DNA from: a virus
Taxonomy: Duplodnaviria; Caudoviricetes
Direction: 5' to 3' (one strand)
IMG/VR virus record: IMGVR_UViG_3300031998_000006
Location: 1 to 64,000 of that record
DNA length: 64,000 nt
The position numbers were made by a program, and so were the translations under genes. Below, piece after piece: positions 9,280 to 18,889 of the stretch (position 1 is the stretch's first letter; every line of letters begins with the position of its first letter). Below the pieces are notes generated by a model. It had not been told where the DNA came from. It did not search any database and worked only from the letters and a program-made list of their open reading frames with translations.

Positions 9280-10413
9280 ATGGCAATAATTCCCTCAAAG
9301 CAATTACATAGGTCCGGCCCAATGAGTGACCTTCTCGCCAACTTATCCGAGAGGGAGATTGGCTTTTGTGAGGATGATAACCGTTGTTACATCTGTGTTA
9401 TAGACCATACTAAGTCTTATGGAGAACCCGGCTACAAGCGTCTTGTTGGTTTAGGGGATTACGACCATATTGTTCCAGACCCTACTACATCTAGTATCTT
9501 TATGGGTTATAAGGTGCAGGAGGACGATACCTCCTATACTTTTGGTTGGAAGCCTGCTACTTTTGAAAATAGCCCTTTAGATAGTAATACAATATTGCTA
9601 TCTCGCATTGATGGTAAGGGCATTCTTGCCGAGTATGCCAAGAATACAAATGTGCGGACCATAGAATATGGAGTTACACAGTATGCTTCCATTATTTCTG
9701 CTGTAAATGCTAAATTAATTGCTATTTTAGTTGATAGTAGTCACAACTGCGTAGCTCCTTTAGCCAGCATTACTGAAAGTTCTTGTACATTTAGGTCGTC
9801 AGCGGATAGTTCAGGGAAATTTTATGAGTACACGGTTACATCCGAAAATGTGTGGACGGTAACACAGAAGGGTCTAGCTCCCTTTGTTACGGAAAATGCA
9901 GACCCCACCGAAGCACCTACAAATTATGGTTATTTGTATAACAATAGTTCTACTGGCGATATTTGGATTGCACTCGGAACATCGGATGTGTCCGATTGGA
10001 AGTTAATCTACAATCGTAATCACGACTTGATTGTGCAGATAAAGTATTTGAAGGTCAGCGAGAGTGACACGGGTCTTACCCCTCGTAATGTGCTGTGTGA
10101 CAGGCAGAATTACAGTATTAATAATGGGAACATTATTTTTAAGCCAGTAACTCCCGAAGAACTTGCCAAGTGGTTTAATCGTGGGGATGTGATTCAAATT
10201 GATGGGGCTGTGGCATCGGACCCGTGGGGGGACCGTTACCCTATGTATATTACGGAGGTACAGTGTGACCCTGCTAGTGGTACCACTCCAGCTCGTTGCA
10301 CTAATATTGAGGTACGAGGGTATAAGTATAGTTCCGCCGAAGAAATGTACTGGAGCAACCTAATTACTGATTATACCGATAATAAGGTTTATATGGAATT
10401 TCAAGGTTGGTAG
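9280..10413 (+). CDS. Hypothetical virion-associated protein
   Basis: 377 aa with AAGGA RBS. EREIGFCED N-terminal motif and DPT...GYLYNNSSTGDIW motif resemble fibre and structural proteins. Confidence 0.55.
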   Translation: MAIIPSKQLHRSGPMSDLLANLSEREIGFCEDDNRCYICVIDHTKSYGEPGYKRLVGLGDYDHIVPDPTTSSIFMGYKVQEDDTSYTFGWKPATFENSPLDSNTILLSRIDGKGILAEYAKNTNVRTIEYGVTQYASIISAVNAKLIAILVDSSHNCVAPLASITESSCTFRSSADSSGKFYEYTVTSENVWTVTQKGLAPFVTENADPTEAPTNYGYLYNNSSTGDIWIALGTSDVSDWKLIYNRNHDLIVQIKYLKVSESDTGLTPRNVLCDRQNYSINNGNIIFKPVTPEELAKWFNRGDVIQIDGAVASDPWGDRYPMYITEVQCDPASGTTPARCTNIEVRGYKYSSAEEMYWSNLITDYTDNKVYMEFQGW

Positions 10414-10486
10414 AATTTCTCGTGCAATTATTCGTGATACTTTGTGGTGTCTATAACAATTCATTTTAACTAAAGGAATAAACATT

Positions 10487-10753
10487 ATGTCTATGACAAT
10501 TAAGGTACATACAACAGAAAAACTGAACAAGGGCGATTCTGTGAAGAATGAGGATTCTTCTGCTTACAAGGTGTTTGAACAACGGAAGAGGGATGTATTA
10601 AATCGCCTTGAATATTTGAAGGGTATTGTTGATAAGTTCTCCCCATCCGAGGAAGAAATCAATGAAGATACTATTAGCGATATGGATTATATTCTTGAAT
10701 CGTTAGATGACGTGATTAAGGACACCAAGGACGCTACAGGTTTGGGTGATTAA
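10487..10753 (+). CDS. Small acidic protein with an MSMTIKVH leader
   Basis: AAGGA RBS. The N-terminus resembles the leader family at 37305-51780. Confidence 0.7.
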   Translation: MSMTIKVHTTEKLNKGDSVKNEDSSAYKVFEQRKRDVLNRLEYLKGIVDKFSPSEEEINEDTISDMDYILESLDDVIKDTKDATGLGD

Positions 10754-10786
10754 ATTACTGATTCTTATGGAGGGGGTCTAGGTATT

Positions 10787-11551
10787 ATGCGTATAACAAA
10801 AGTAAACCACCGCATCTCCAGACTTGACGAGCAACTGACCAAGCTACTCCGGTTGAAATCACACCCACACATCCGTCTTCAAGAATCCCTCTCGGACTGG
10901 GCAGAACGTGAGGTAGCCATTGCCTGCAAGGGAGAGGATTCCTACGGTACCGGATGCTACAAGTCCGCACTCAAGGCATTCCGCTCCCTTTGCAACGATG
11001 GACATAGCGGATTTTCCATAGGACTTACAAAGCAGATTCTTGACCGCCTAATAGACGGCAAGCCCCTCACACCTATTACGGACTCTCCCGAAGAATGGAA
11101 TGAATGTTGCGACTTCGATAGGGATGGCAAATCCGTATATCAAAACTCCCGAATGTATGCACTTTTCAAGTATGTGTATGACGATGGCACGGTAGAGTAT
11201 AGCGATGTTGACCGCACCATCCTCATAGAAGTGAAAGATGACGGAACGGAAACATCGTGGCATAGCGGACTTGCATCAAAACTTGTCAACGAGATTTGCG
11301 GACCAATTACGCTCCCTTACATCCCTAGCGACAAGCCATACAAGGTATATGCCCAGCAGTTCGACTCCGTGAATGCCGAACCCGGATGCTTCGATACATC
11401 ACGCATAATCAAGATAGTTGACCCAGAAGGGAACGAAATTCCTTGCGAACGATTCTATGCCGAAACCTATAGGGATATGGAGGAAATCAGCGAGGAAGAA
11501 TACAATCGTAGGCGGTTGTCATACGAGCAGGCGTTGCAGCGGAATAAATAA
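10787..11551 (+). CDS. Hypothetical phage protein
   Basis: 254 aa with a DGHSGFSIG...LIDGKPLTPI core preceded by a basic N-terminal segment ending LQES. Confidence 0.75.
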   Translation: MRITKVNHRISRLDEQLTKLLRLKSHPHIRLQESLSDWAEREVAIACKGEDSYGTGCYKSALKAFRSLCNDGHSGFSIGLTKQILDRLIDGKPLTPITDSPEEWNECCDFDRDGKSVYQNSRMYALFKYVYDDGTVEYSDVDRTILIEVKDDGTETSWHSGLASKLVNEICGPITLPYIPSDKPYKVYAQQFDSVNAEPGCFDTSRIIKIVDPEGNEIPCERFYAETYRDMEEISEEEYNRRRLSYEQALQRNK

Positions 11552-11580
11552 TGATAATGTAATCATACTTTGTTTTTAAC

Positions 11581-13017
11581 TTTGTTATTTGTGTTTTATA
11601 GGTATTTATATACAACTATTATGAGAGTCATTGAAATTTTTATAAATCAGCCTAAAGATAAGATTGGCATTTGTTATGTAACAATGTATATTTAGACTAT
11701 GAAAACGGTTAAACTCCAAATATCAAATGCACCCGATGTGCTAGACGATATGCGTGTATTTAGCAGTATCGTCCGTATGGCGTTTAATCGTTACCAAGAA
11801 GGACTTTCCGAAAAGGAAGTCCGTGCCTATGTTAGTTCCAAGTTCTCCCACAATAGTTGGTTTATTCATTCCGCTGTGAAGGAAGCACAGACTATCTATC
11901 TAGCCCGTGGAAAAGAAAAAGTTGTGTTCGGGGGCAAATGGAATTTAACGCAATACCTTAAAGGATTAATTACAAAAGACCAATTCAAGCGAACTCGAAT
12001 GATACCTGTCTGTAGCTATGGTGAAATGGCTAATATGGGCAATCGTCTTATAGATTTTGATTTGTTGAATAGTCTTATAATATACAAACCCTCACGGTAT
12101 GTTCATAAGGAAATCCGGTTTTTCCCTATAAAGAAGAAACTAGCACACGAACTTTCTATAGTACAAGAACTTGCGGCCCAAAAGAAGATGTCAATTACGG
12201 TTAAGTTTACGGATAAGTATCTTTATCTTACTTATGATGAGTCCTTGATTTATAATGAAGCCTACAAGGGCTTGAAGCATAACAGAGTTTTAGGGATAGA
12301 TATGAACCCCAACTACATTGGGGTATCTATTATTGAGTTTGATAATAAAGATGAGTTTAAAGTCTTGCATAAAGAGGTTTATGATTTAACGGCACTTACA
12401 ACATCTAGTGGGAAATCGTCTTCGGATGCAAAATCCAAGTACCGTACAAATAAATTAAAATATGAAACAATAGCGATAGCCCATAAGATTAACAAGTTGG
12501 TAGATTATTGGAAGTGTTCTAAATTTGCTATCAAAGACCTTACTATTAAGCCTACAGATAAAAAGAAAGGTAAGAATATCAATAGGCTCTGTAATAACAA
12601 GTGGGAACGAAATCTATTTGTAAACAAATTAAAGATGCTTGCCAACATCCACAAATATGAGTTGGTCGAAGTAAACCCGGCTTACTCGTCCATCGTTGGT
12701 AACTTTGCCTATGGCAATGAAAATACCCCCGATATGGTTGCGGCATCTATCGAGATAGCTCGCAGGGCATACAAGAACTTTGAAAAGGGGTGGTTCTACC
12801 CCAAGTTCAACGTTGAAACGCTAGATGAGCGATGGAAGCAAACACTAGCCGGAGTGAAGACTTGGAAGAATCTATTCCTAAAAGTCAAAGAAGCGAAACT
12901 GAAATATCGCTTCCTGTTAACAGACTATGTTTGTAATGCAGTCTTAAGCAAATTCTATAGGAAATGTATGTGGAAAATCTATATTTTTGCATAGGTGGCT
13001 ATAGTTTTTGTATTTTA
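11581..13017 (+). mobile_element. tnpB-only element, copy 1
   Basis: The ORF and about 120 bp of upstream plus a short downstream flank are homologous to 33805-35244. No terminal hairpins seen, so boundaries are approximate. Confidence 0.75.
11699..12994 (+). CDS. tnpB: TnpB-related protein lacking a zinc finger; RuvC-II Glu replaced by Lys
   Basis: LGIDMNP, AIKDL (AIEDL in copy 2), VNPAYSS and PDMVAASIEIARR. Confidence 0.85.
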   Translation: MKTVKLQISNAPDVLDDMRVFSSIVRMAFNRYQEGLSEKEVRAYVSSKFSHNSWFIHSAVKEAQTIYLARGKEKVVFGGKWNLTQYLKGLITKDQFKRTRMIPVCSYGEMANMGNRLIDFDLLNSLIIYKPSRYVHKEIRFFPIKKKLAHELSIVQELAAQKKMSITVKFTDKYLYLTYDESLIYNEAYKGLKHNRVLGIDMNPNYIGVSIIEFDNKDEFKVLHKEVYDLTALTTSSGKSSSDAKSKYRTNKLKYETIAIAHKINKLVDYWKCSKFAIKDLTIKPTDKKKGKNINRLCNNKWERNLFVNKLKMLANIHKYELVEVNPAYSSIVGNFAYGNENTPDMVAASIEIARRAYKNFEKGWFYPKFNVETLDERWKQTLAGVKTWKNLFLKVKEAKLKYRFLLTDYVCNAVLSKFYRKCMWKIYIFA

Positions 13018-13032
13018 GGAGGTCTTAAAGTT

Positions 13033-13287
13033 ATGGAGAAGTTTGTGGAGATTTTATCTGGATTGTCGAGCATCATAGGAGTGCCAGCAACGCTTTGTCT
13101 TGCCTGGGCGGCATTCGTCATCCGTGACCACTCCAAGAGAATACAGAAGTTGGAAGATACCATTGCCGAAAATGATAACAAGCGTGCCGATGAATTGAAT
13201 CAGTTGTATAACAAGATAAATTCCATCTCTAATGATTTGTCCTTTATCAAGGGTATCATTTCGGAAAGGTACAAGAAGGAGGATTAG
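13033..13287 (+). CDS. Holin-like membrane protein
   Basis: One N-terminal hydrophobic helix plus a coiled coil, located ahead of the peptidase. GGAGG RBS. Confidence 0.5.
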   Translation: MEKFVEILSGLSSIIGVPATLCLAWAAFVIRDHSKRIQKLEDTIAENDNKRADELNQLYNKINSISNDLSFIKGIISERYKKED

Positions 13288-13289
13288 GT

Positions 13290-13760
13290 ATGAATGTGTA
13301 TTCAATCGTAATGGACAAGCCTTGCCTTGCCGTGACACCGCTAGGAAACCGCTATTACAAGCTCTCACAAGATACAAAGATTTCCGTCATTACGGACATT
13401 GGGTGTTTGGAGTTTGGAGTCAAGCAAGGTTTTGTAACAAATTTCAGGTCCGGTGGCATTGCCGTTGATAGGTTTGTGGACCAGATAGGGGACCAACAGA
13501 AAAGCCTAATTTACCTTATTCATGACCTCTGCTACACAATTTGTTACGATTGCAATGGCGAACATCCGGTAACTCGTGAACTTGCTGACGAGTTCTTGAG
13601 AGCCGGTCTTGAATGGGCTGGGATGGGAAAGTTCAAGCGTAATGTTGTCTATTATGCCGTTCGTGCATTCGGCAAGTCCGCATACGAGGAAGACGACGAT
13701 TTAACCGATACCAACAAGGTGCTTTTTACTTTCAGTTGGTCTGCAAAGGAAGCGGCATAG
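13290..13760 (+). CDS. DUF1353-like phage protein
   Basis: GFVTNFRS...IHDLCY...ADEFL...YYAVRAFG pattern. Confidence 0.75.
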   Translation: MNVYSIVMDKPCLAVTPLGNRYYKLSQDTKISVITDIGCLEFGVKQGFVTNFRSGGIAVDRFVDQIGDQQKSLIYLIHDLCYTICYDCNGEHPVTRELADEFLRAGLEWAGMGKFKRNVVYYAVRAFGKSAYEEDDDLTDTNKVLFTFSWSAKEAA

Positions 13761-13761
13761 T

Positions 13762-14175
13762 ATGACTCTTACAGAATATCTAAAGCATTTCATCGGTGTT
13801 CCCTACATTTGGAGTGGGGATGGTACCGGTAAGAAATCCCAAGGTTTCGACTGTTCCGGTTTGGTTCTTGAGGGTCTTTGGGCTATGGGGATGTACTCCG
13901 GTTCCGACACCACGGCACAGGGTTTGTACAATTCCCTTGTCAAATCGGGAAAGTGGGAGGGGGCTGACTGGAGCAATGTCCACGATGGCGACATCCTCTT
14001 CTTTGGAAAGTCTATGTCCAAGATTACCCACGTAGCGGTAGCCCTAGGGGATGGGCTGATGATTGAAGCTGGTGGCGGTGGCTCTTCGTGTAAGAGTGTT
14101 GCCACGTCCACGGGCTTCGTCCGCATTCGCCCCATCCGTGGCGATGTACTGGCTTGCTTGTATATGAAACGGTAG
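13762..14175 (+). CDS. NlpC/P60 cell-wall peptidase (endolysin candidate)
   Basis: GVPYIWSG, GFDCSG, GDILFFG and HVAV catalytic motifs. Confidence 0.92.
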   Translation: MTLTEYLKHFIGVPYIWSGDGTGKKSQGFDCSGLVLEGLWAMGMYSGSDTTAQGLYNSLVKSGKWEGADWSNVHDGDILFFGKSMSKITHVAVALGDGLMIEAGGGGSSCKSVATSTGFVRIRPIRGDVLACLYMKR

Positions 14176-14184
14176 GGATTGCCT

Positions 14185-14478
14185 ATGGAACTCTTGAACG
14201 AACTCGTATCGTTGATTATCCCATTGGGCTTGCTGATTGCTTGCCTATATCTGGTTTACACGGTACGGAGGGCGGTTGTGCAGTTCCGTAAGTTCGAGAA
14301 GCTGTTCCGTTTCTTGAGGGAAGCCAATGTCCGCACTAGGTTCTTGGCATCCCGTGCGAACGACAAGGCTATCCAGCTAAACAATGCAATACAGGACCTC
14401 CAATCCCAGATAGATATTCTGTTGCATAAGGATGGCAAGACCACAAAGACCGAGGAAAAGAACGATGACCACAACTGA
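14185..14478 (+). CDS. Membrane-anchored coiled-coil protein (lysis-module candidate)
   Basis: N-terminal transmembrane segment, follows the peptidase. Confidence 0.55.
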   Translation: MELLNELVSLIIPLGLLIACLYLVYTVRRAVVQFRKFEKLFRFLREANVRTRFLASRANDKAIQLNNAIQDLQSQIDILLHKDGKTTKTEEKNDDHN

Positions 14479-14650
14479 AATTCTCATAATTTGCCTAGTC
14501 GTTGCCGTAATCGGTGACATTTTCTTGGGCATCCGTGTAGTAGTTCTCCGAAATTACTTACATTTCTTTGAGGAAAAGCTCAAGGAGATTGAAATTCGTC
14601 TTTCTCCCAAGAAAAAGGATATGACCAATGAACAAGAAAAAAATCAGTAA
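14465..14650 (+). CDS. Small membrane protein
   Basis: ILIICLVVAVIGDIFLGI hydrophobic segment. Confidence 0.55.
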   Translation: MTTTEILIICLVVAVIGDIFLGIRVVVLRNYLHFFEEKLKEIEIRLSPKKKDMTNEQEKNQ

Positions 14651-15041
14651 CTTGAAGAACCTCATTGCCCAACGCCGTAGCCGTTTCTTGCAGAAGGATG
14701 CAAAGCCGGTCTCCAAGTCCGCTCCGTCCGAAGGCAAGGCTGAACAGCCGGAGATTGAAGAACCGAAAGCACCCGAAGTGCCTACCGCCCCGGAAGAACC
14801 GAAGTCGGAAATCCCCGAAGTACCCGCTGAAACTCCGGTCAATGAATGCGTAGGCACGGCAGAAGCCCCGGCTGAATCCGCAGAAGACGGAATGCCGGTA
14901 GACTTGTGCGAAAAGGCTACCGCTGAACCGATTGCCGAAGCACCAGTTGCCGAAACCGTAGAGCCGGTTGTGGAAGCCCCGATTGCCGAAGAACAGACCA
15001 CCGGCAAGAAGAGCCGTCGCCGCAAGAAGGAGAATGCATAA
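14628..15041 (+). CDS. Pro/Glu/Ala-rich low-complexity protein
   Basis: 137 aa with basic ends, an acidic PE-rich centre and phage-typical codon use. Confidence 0.75.
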   Translation: MNKKKISNLKNLIAQRRSRFLQKDAKPVSKSAPSEGKAEQPEIEEPKAPEVPTAPEEPKSEIPEVPAETPVNECVGTAEAPAESAEDGMPVDLCEKATAEPIAEAPVAETVEPVVEAPIAEEQTTGKKSRRRKKENA

Positions 15042-15548
15042 TGGCTACGAAGAAGGTTGATAAATAGGCGGTCACAAGCCTACACGCTTTAGGGTGAGGG
15101 TAAGGCCTGCTAAAAGTTAGTTGTGGGTATTGCATTTTAGCCAGTAATTAGTTATATTATGCATACTGGATATATCAAAGCATTCTTGATAACTTTGGGT
15201 GTCCCAACTGAAACAATGATTGGATGAACACACATAATGAAGCAAAACGAGTATTCAGCGATAACTGATTTATGCGGTCTTGCTAGAACCCGTAATCTAG
15301 CAGGGTGCTTGGAACAAGCCCCCGCAGAGTGTGGAATCGCTACCGAAGATAGCCTGCCAATGGCTGCCTATGGCAAGTTCCCACAACGAAGCGAAGACAA
15401 GAAGCCGACACCTTTTAGGTCATCGGTAGTTCACGAAGTTATAGTGAAAGTCCCGCAGGGCGTGAAGACGGTCAAGATTGAGTTCGACTCCAAGCAGACC
15501 GCAGAAAGCACTAGCGGAAAGGCTTCCCGAAAGAAGATTTGCGACTAA
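15041..15548 (+). pseudogene. 44-aa gene interrupted by a miniature IS
   Basis: Joining 15041-15061 to 15435-15548 gives the in-frame MATKKVD|EVIVKVPQGVKTVKIEFD...KICD*. AAGGAG RBS upstream. Confidence 0.8.
15062..15434 (+). mobile_element. Non-autonomous IS200/IS605 derivative with an omegaRNA-like right end
   Basis: Follows TTGAT. Left hairpin CAAG-CCTACACGCTTTAGGGTGAGG; right end GAAG-CCGACACCTTTTAGGTCATCGGTAGTTCAC. Confidence 0.85.
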
Positions 15549-15563
15549 CGGAGAAATGTCCTT

Positions 15564-16463
15564 TTGGATATTTTAATTCCTTTTGTTGAAAGTGATGACG
15601 ATGCTTGGCTTGAGGTTTTCTGTAAAGCCAAGCATTTCAAGTTTCGCACGGAACGGGCGAAGAGCGTGATGTTCAAGCCATTCCGTAGGCGGTATTCAAG
15701 CCACGGACTCTTCAAGTATTGGTGGAGGGCGTTGGAGAAGAACTACAAGTCATTGACGAAAGTCCACTTGCTCCTTATGCAACCCTCCCAGTTCCCTTCC
15801 TACTTGAACAAGGATGACCCCCGAATCGTTGTGCATTACCACAACGAGTTCATCCCGGCTAGTTGCAGGCCGTGCTTCAACTCAAGCACCATTGAACTCT
15901 GTGCCATTAAGGAACTGGACTTGAAGGGCAATTTCATATTGTCCAACGACGATATGTATGTGAACTCCCCTTGCGATGATTCCTTCTTTGAGAACGATGG
16001 CAAGCCCCTCACGTTCATCGAAACTCGTGAACCCTATGGAACTCACAATCAGTTCCGGCAGACCTTGACGAACGGGCATCGCCTAGTATCTACTCATCTG
16101 GGCAGACCCATTCCGTACTTCAAGTGGCATCATCTGTTCCAGGTCTACAATGCGGAGTTCTGCAAGGAGTTCTTGGACAAGGAATGGGCAACTATTTCAA
16201 AGGGCTTGGGCAAGTGGCGAAGACCGGACGACTATAATCACATGGCATTGATGATGTTGCAGAATGCAAGCGGATTTGCGGAGAACAGCGAGAAGTTCCC
16301 GCATCTGGGCTATTTCGAGATGCCTACCTTTACATCCGGGGTCTTTGAGAAAGCCGATTCTCGTAGGGTTGTGTGCTTCAACGACACGGACGGACGGAGT
16401 GTCCGTATGACCGCAGAGTACCTTGCGAACCGCTATCCAGACAAATGTTCCTTTGAGGTCTAG
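15564..16463 (+). CDS. Stealth-family (hexose-1-phosphate transferase-like) protein
   Basis: DILIPFV..DDAW, HNEFIP...PCFNSSTIE, FILSNDD and VCFND correspond to the Stealth conserved regions. Confidence 0.82.
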   Translation: MDILIPFVESDDDAWLEVFCKAKHFKFRTERAKSVMFKPFRRRYSSHGLFKYWWRALEKNYKSLTKVHLLLMQPSQFPSYLNKDDPRIVVHYHNEFIPASCRPCFNSSTIELCAIKELDLKGNFILSNDDMYVNSPCDDSFFENDGKPLTFIETREPYGTHNQFRQTLTNGHRLVSTHLGRPIPYFKWHHLFQVYNAEFCKEFLDKEWATISKGLGKWRRPDDYNHMALMMLQNASGFAENSEKFPHLGYFEMPTFTSGVFEKADSRRVVCFNDTDGRSVRMTAEYLANRYPDKCSFEV

Positions 16464-16487
16464 GGCTAAATTATATATATTTAAGCC

Positions 16488-16829
16488 ATGGACTTGTCAC
16501 ACGATTACGATGGAACTAACGAACTGCTCGTAGTGGGGAGCAGGGAACGCTTGCAGGCTTGCAAGTGCGTTATTCTCGCATTTGGCGACCTCGGCTATAC
16601 AGACCCCTCCATCCCGGACTTGAGCGAAGCCATCGGGGATTTCACGGACTTCAACGGCATTGAAGCGGTAAGGTCCAAGATTTACCAGATTTTGATTCTT
16701 TCGCACGTGGTCAAGGACAACGAGATTTTGTCATTGGAAGTCACATCCCCACAAGGTGATGACCGCTTTACGGTTGACTTGCAGTTGACTTTCGGACAAG
16801 AAGTTTTCGACATTCCTTCGATTAGGTAG
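16488..16829 (+). CDS. Baseplate wedge subunit, gp25-like (tentative)
   Basis: 113-aa acidic ORF immediately before the gp6/J-like gene. Assigned mainly by size and synteny. Confidence 0.45.
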   Translation: MDLSHDYDGTNELLVVGSRERLQACKCVILAFGDLGYTDPSIPDLSEAIGDFTDFNGIEAVRSKIYQILILSHVVKDNEILSLEVTSPQGDDRFTVDLQLTFGQEVFDIPSIR

Positions 16830-16834
16830 CACCC

Positions 16835-18889
16835 ATGGCAGATACTCCGCAATTCTTTGACCATTTCACTCTGGCGAATATGTCCTTGCAGGAACGATTG
16901 GGTCGTTCCGGTGCGGCATTGAACAAGGATTCTGCCGTATTTGGTCAGCAGGTCCGTTCGCTCTTGCAGATGCTCACATACGGACTTGACTCCGTTACCG
17001 CCCGTGCCGCATCGCATCTGTTGAATATGGACATTCTGTATAGCAACGATGCCTACCTTCTCAAGATGACGGAAGGTCTGTTGCTCAATAGCGTCAAGTC
17101 CATCACGCCACCCAAGATTAGTGCCGCACATCCCTTTAGGTTCTGGAGTGAACGAGATTACACCTACTGGAGTTCCGTTGGCACTATCGGATTGAAGGAT
17201 GGTTCGAAGGTCAATCTTATCGTGTATGACATTCAGCGAACGGGTGTTGTTGAAGGTCAGGACACCAACGATAAGGAATATGAAGCTCTCTATTGTGCCG
17301 GTAACTATGTTCAGCAAGAAATCAACCAGGGTTTCGACGGCTATACTCCGGGTGTGTTCGCCCCTATCTATGTGGCTGAAACCTATAAGGCTATATGGTC
17401 CGAATCCGTTGAAGTGAAACTTGTGATGGACGGGGATGATACCCCCGTTCCGCTCGACATTGCTTGGTCCTTGGATGAACTCCTTGGGATGACGAACAAT
17501 GATTATGCCGTGCTTGCACAGAACACCCCTCGTGGTATGACCATCACTCTCGGTGATGGAGAAATCTTCGGCAAGGGCTACAACAACAAGACCGGCATCG
17601 TGTCCGTGAAGGTGTCCTATGTCAAGTGCGATAACCTCGCACCCGTTGACCATTCCACCATCAAGTTCAACAAGGACATTACACCTATTTTTGCAAAGGG
17701 CGATGGCATCCCCCTTTTGACTCCGTTAGACATGGGCGACACTGCCAGTTCGCTCCGTTCCCGTTCCATTGCGGAGTTCTTTGCCGCAAGTAAGATTACG
17801 GACGAGCGGGACCTTGCAACGGAAGTTATGAAAATTCCGTTCGTCAAGTCCGTGGGTGTCCGTAGGGAATACAACTGGTCTGTGTGGAAGACCATCCGAA
17901 TGCTTGCCCAGGGCTATGCCTACTATAAGACCCCGGCAAGCACATTGTATGCCCAGGGGGTGGACAAGAAGACTAGGGAATCCCTCATCATTTTCTACAA
18001 GCGATACCGCTATAGTTCTAGCAAGACCTACCATCCGGGGGATATGGTTGTTTATGGCGATGGGGTGTGGATTTGCTCCGACCCCAACTACATAAGCGGT
18101 GTTCCGTCCGCTCGTAAGGGATGGACGTTCTTCATCAACCTCTCCAACGGTTCCGCTATCGGGGCTATGTACGAGAAGTATTATCCGTCCGCTTGTGTCT
18201 ATGACAATGCTACGATTGTAATGTCCGGTCTTGTCTTGAAGAACAGAAGGTACTGGAGTCCAGATAGCCACTATAGCCGTGGCGATGTGGTCTATCATTC
18301 CGGCACGAAGAAACTTTGGCTTGCCATTCAGGACGGTGGCGAGGTGGTCGAGCCGGGTAGCGAGGAAAGCGCATCCGTGTTTGGGGATGATGGAGTTACC
18401 CTCATCCGTTACTGGGCTACCCGTGACGAGGGCGAACAGCTAGAACAGAACTACGATGCCAACAACGTGAACAATCCGTTCGCTAATGTGGCATACCGCT
18501 TCGACGATTACGAACAGATGACCCAGATGATGTTCGAGTCCGAAATCAAGGGTTACTTCAATATCGCTGGAAAGCTGGGCTTCACATCCGTTGTAGTTGA
18601 GCCTTTGGCACAGATTGGCGTGACGGTCAGTTGCAAGTACAAGGCACCGTATTCTATGCAACAGAACATCCGCAATTACATTGAGGATTATGTCTGCTAC
18701 AATGTGAACAAGGAATTGAGGGCTGACGACTTGAACTCCCAGCTTACGGAAAAGTTCAGCCTTTCTGCCGTCTATGTGAACATCCGTTTCACTGGCGATG
18801 CCGCTAATGCTGACTTGGCTTTGCAGTTGCCCACCGCAACCTATGTACCGCCAAGCCTTTTGGAAATTGAAATTAAGGAGAACTTATAA
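16835..18889 (+). CDS. Baseplate wedge protein, gp6/baseplate-J-like
   Basis: ITLGDGEIFGK, GDTASSLRSR and ITDERDL motifs, with two inserted Y..GD.V.Y modules. Confidence 0.7.
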   Translation: MADTPQFFDHFTLANMSLQERLGRSGAALNKDSAVFGQQVRSLLQMLTYGLDSVTARAASHLLNMDILYSNDAYLLKMTEGLLLNSVKSITPPKISAAHPFRFWSERDYTYWSSVGTIGLKDGSKVNLIVYDIQRTGVVEGQDTNDKEYEALYCAGNYVQQEINQGFDGYTPGVFAPIYVAETYKAIWSESVEVKLVMDGDDTPVPLDIAWSLDELLGMTNNDYAVLAQNTPRGMTITLGDGEIFGKGYNNKTGIVSVKVSYVKCDNLAPVDHSTIKFNKDITPIFAKGDGIPLLTPLDMGDTASSLRSRSIAEFFAASKITDERDLATEVMKIPFVKSVGVRREYNWSVWKTIRMLAQGYAYYKTPASTLYAQGVDKKTRESLIIFYKRYRYSSSKTYHPGDMVVYGDGVWICSDPNYISGVPSARKGWTFFINLSNGSAIGAMYEKYYPSACVYDNATIVMSGLVLKNRRYWSPDSHYSRGDVVYHSGTKKLWLAIQDGGEVVEPGSEESASVFGDDGVTLIRYWATRDEGEQLEQNYDANNVNNPFANVAYRFDDYEQMTQMMFESEIKGYFNIAGKLGFTSVVVEPLAQIGVTVSCKYKAPYSMQQNIRNYIEDYVCYNVNKELRADDLNSQLTEKFSLSAVYVNIRFTGDAANADLALQLPTATYVPPSLLEIEIKENL

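Noticed and set aside
15237-15548. 103-aa ORF as an ordinary gene
   Set aside because: Its first two thirds lie inside the mini-IS; only 15435-15548 belongs to the original gene.
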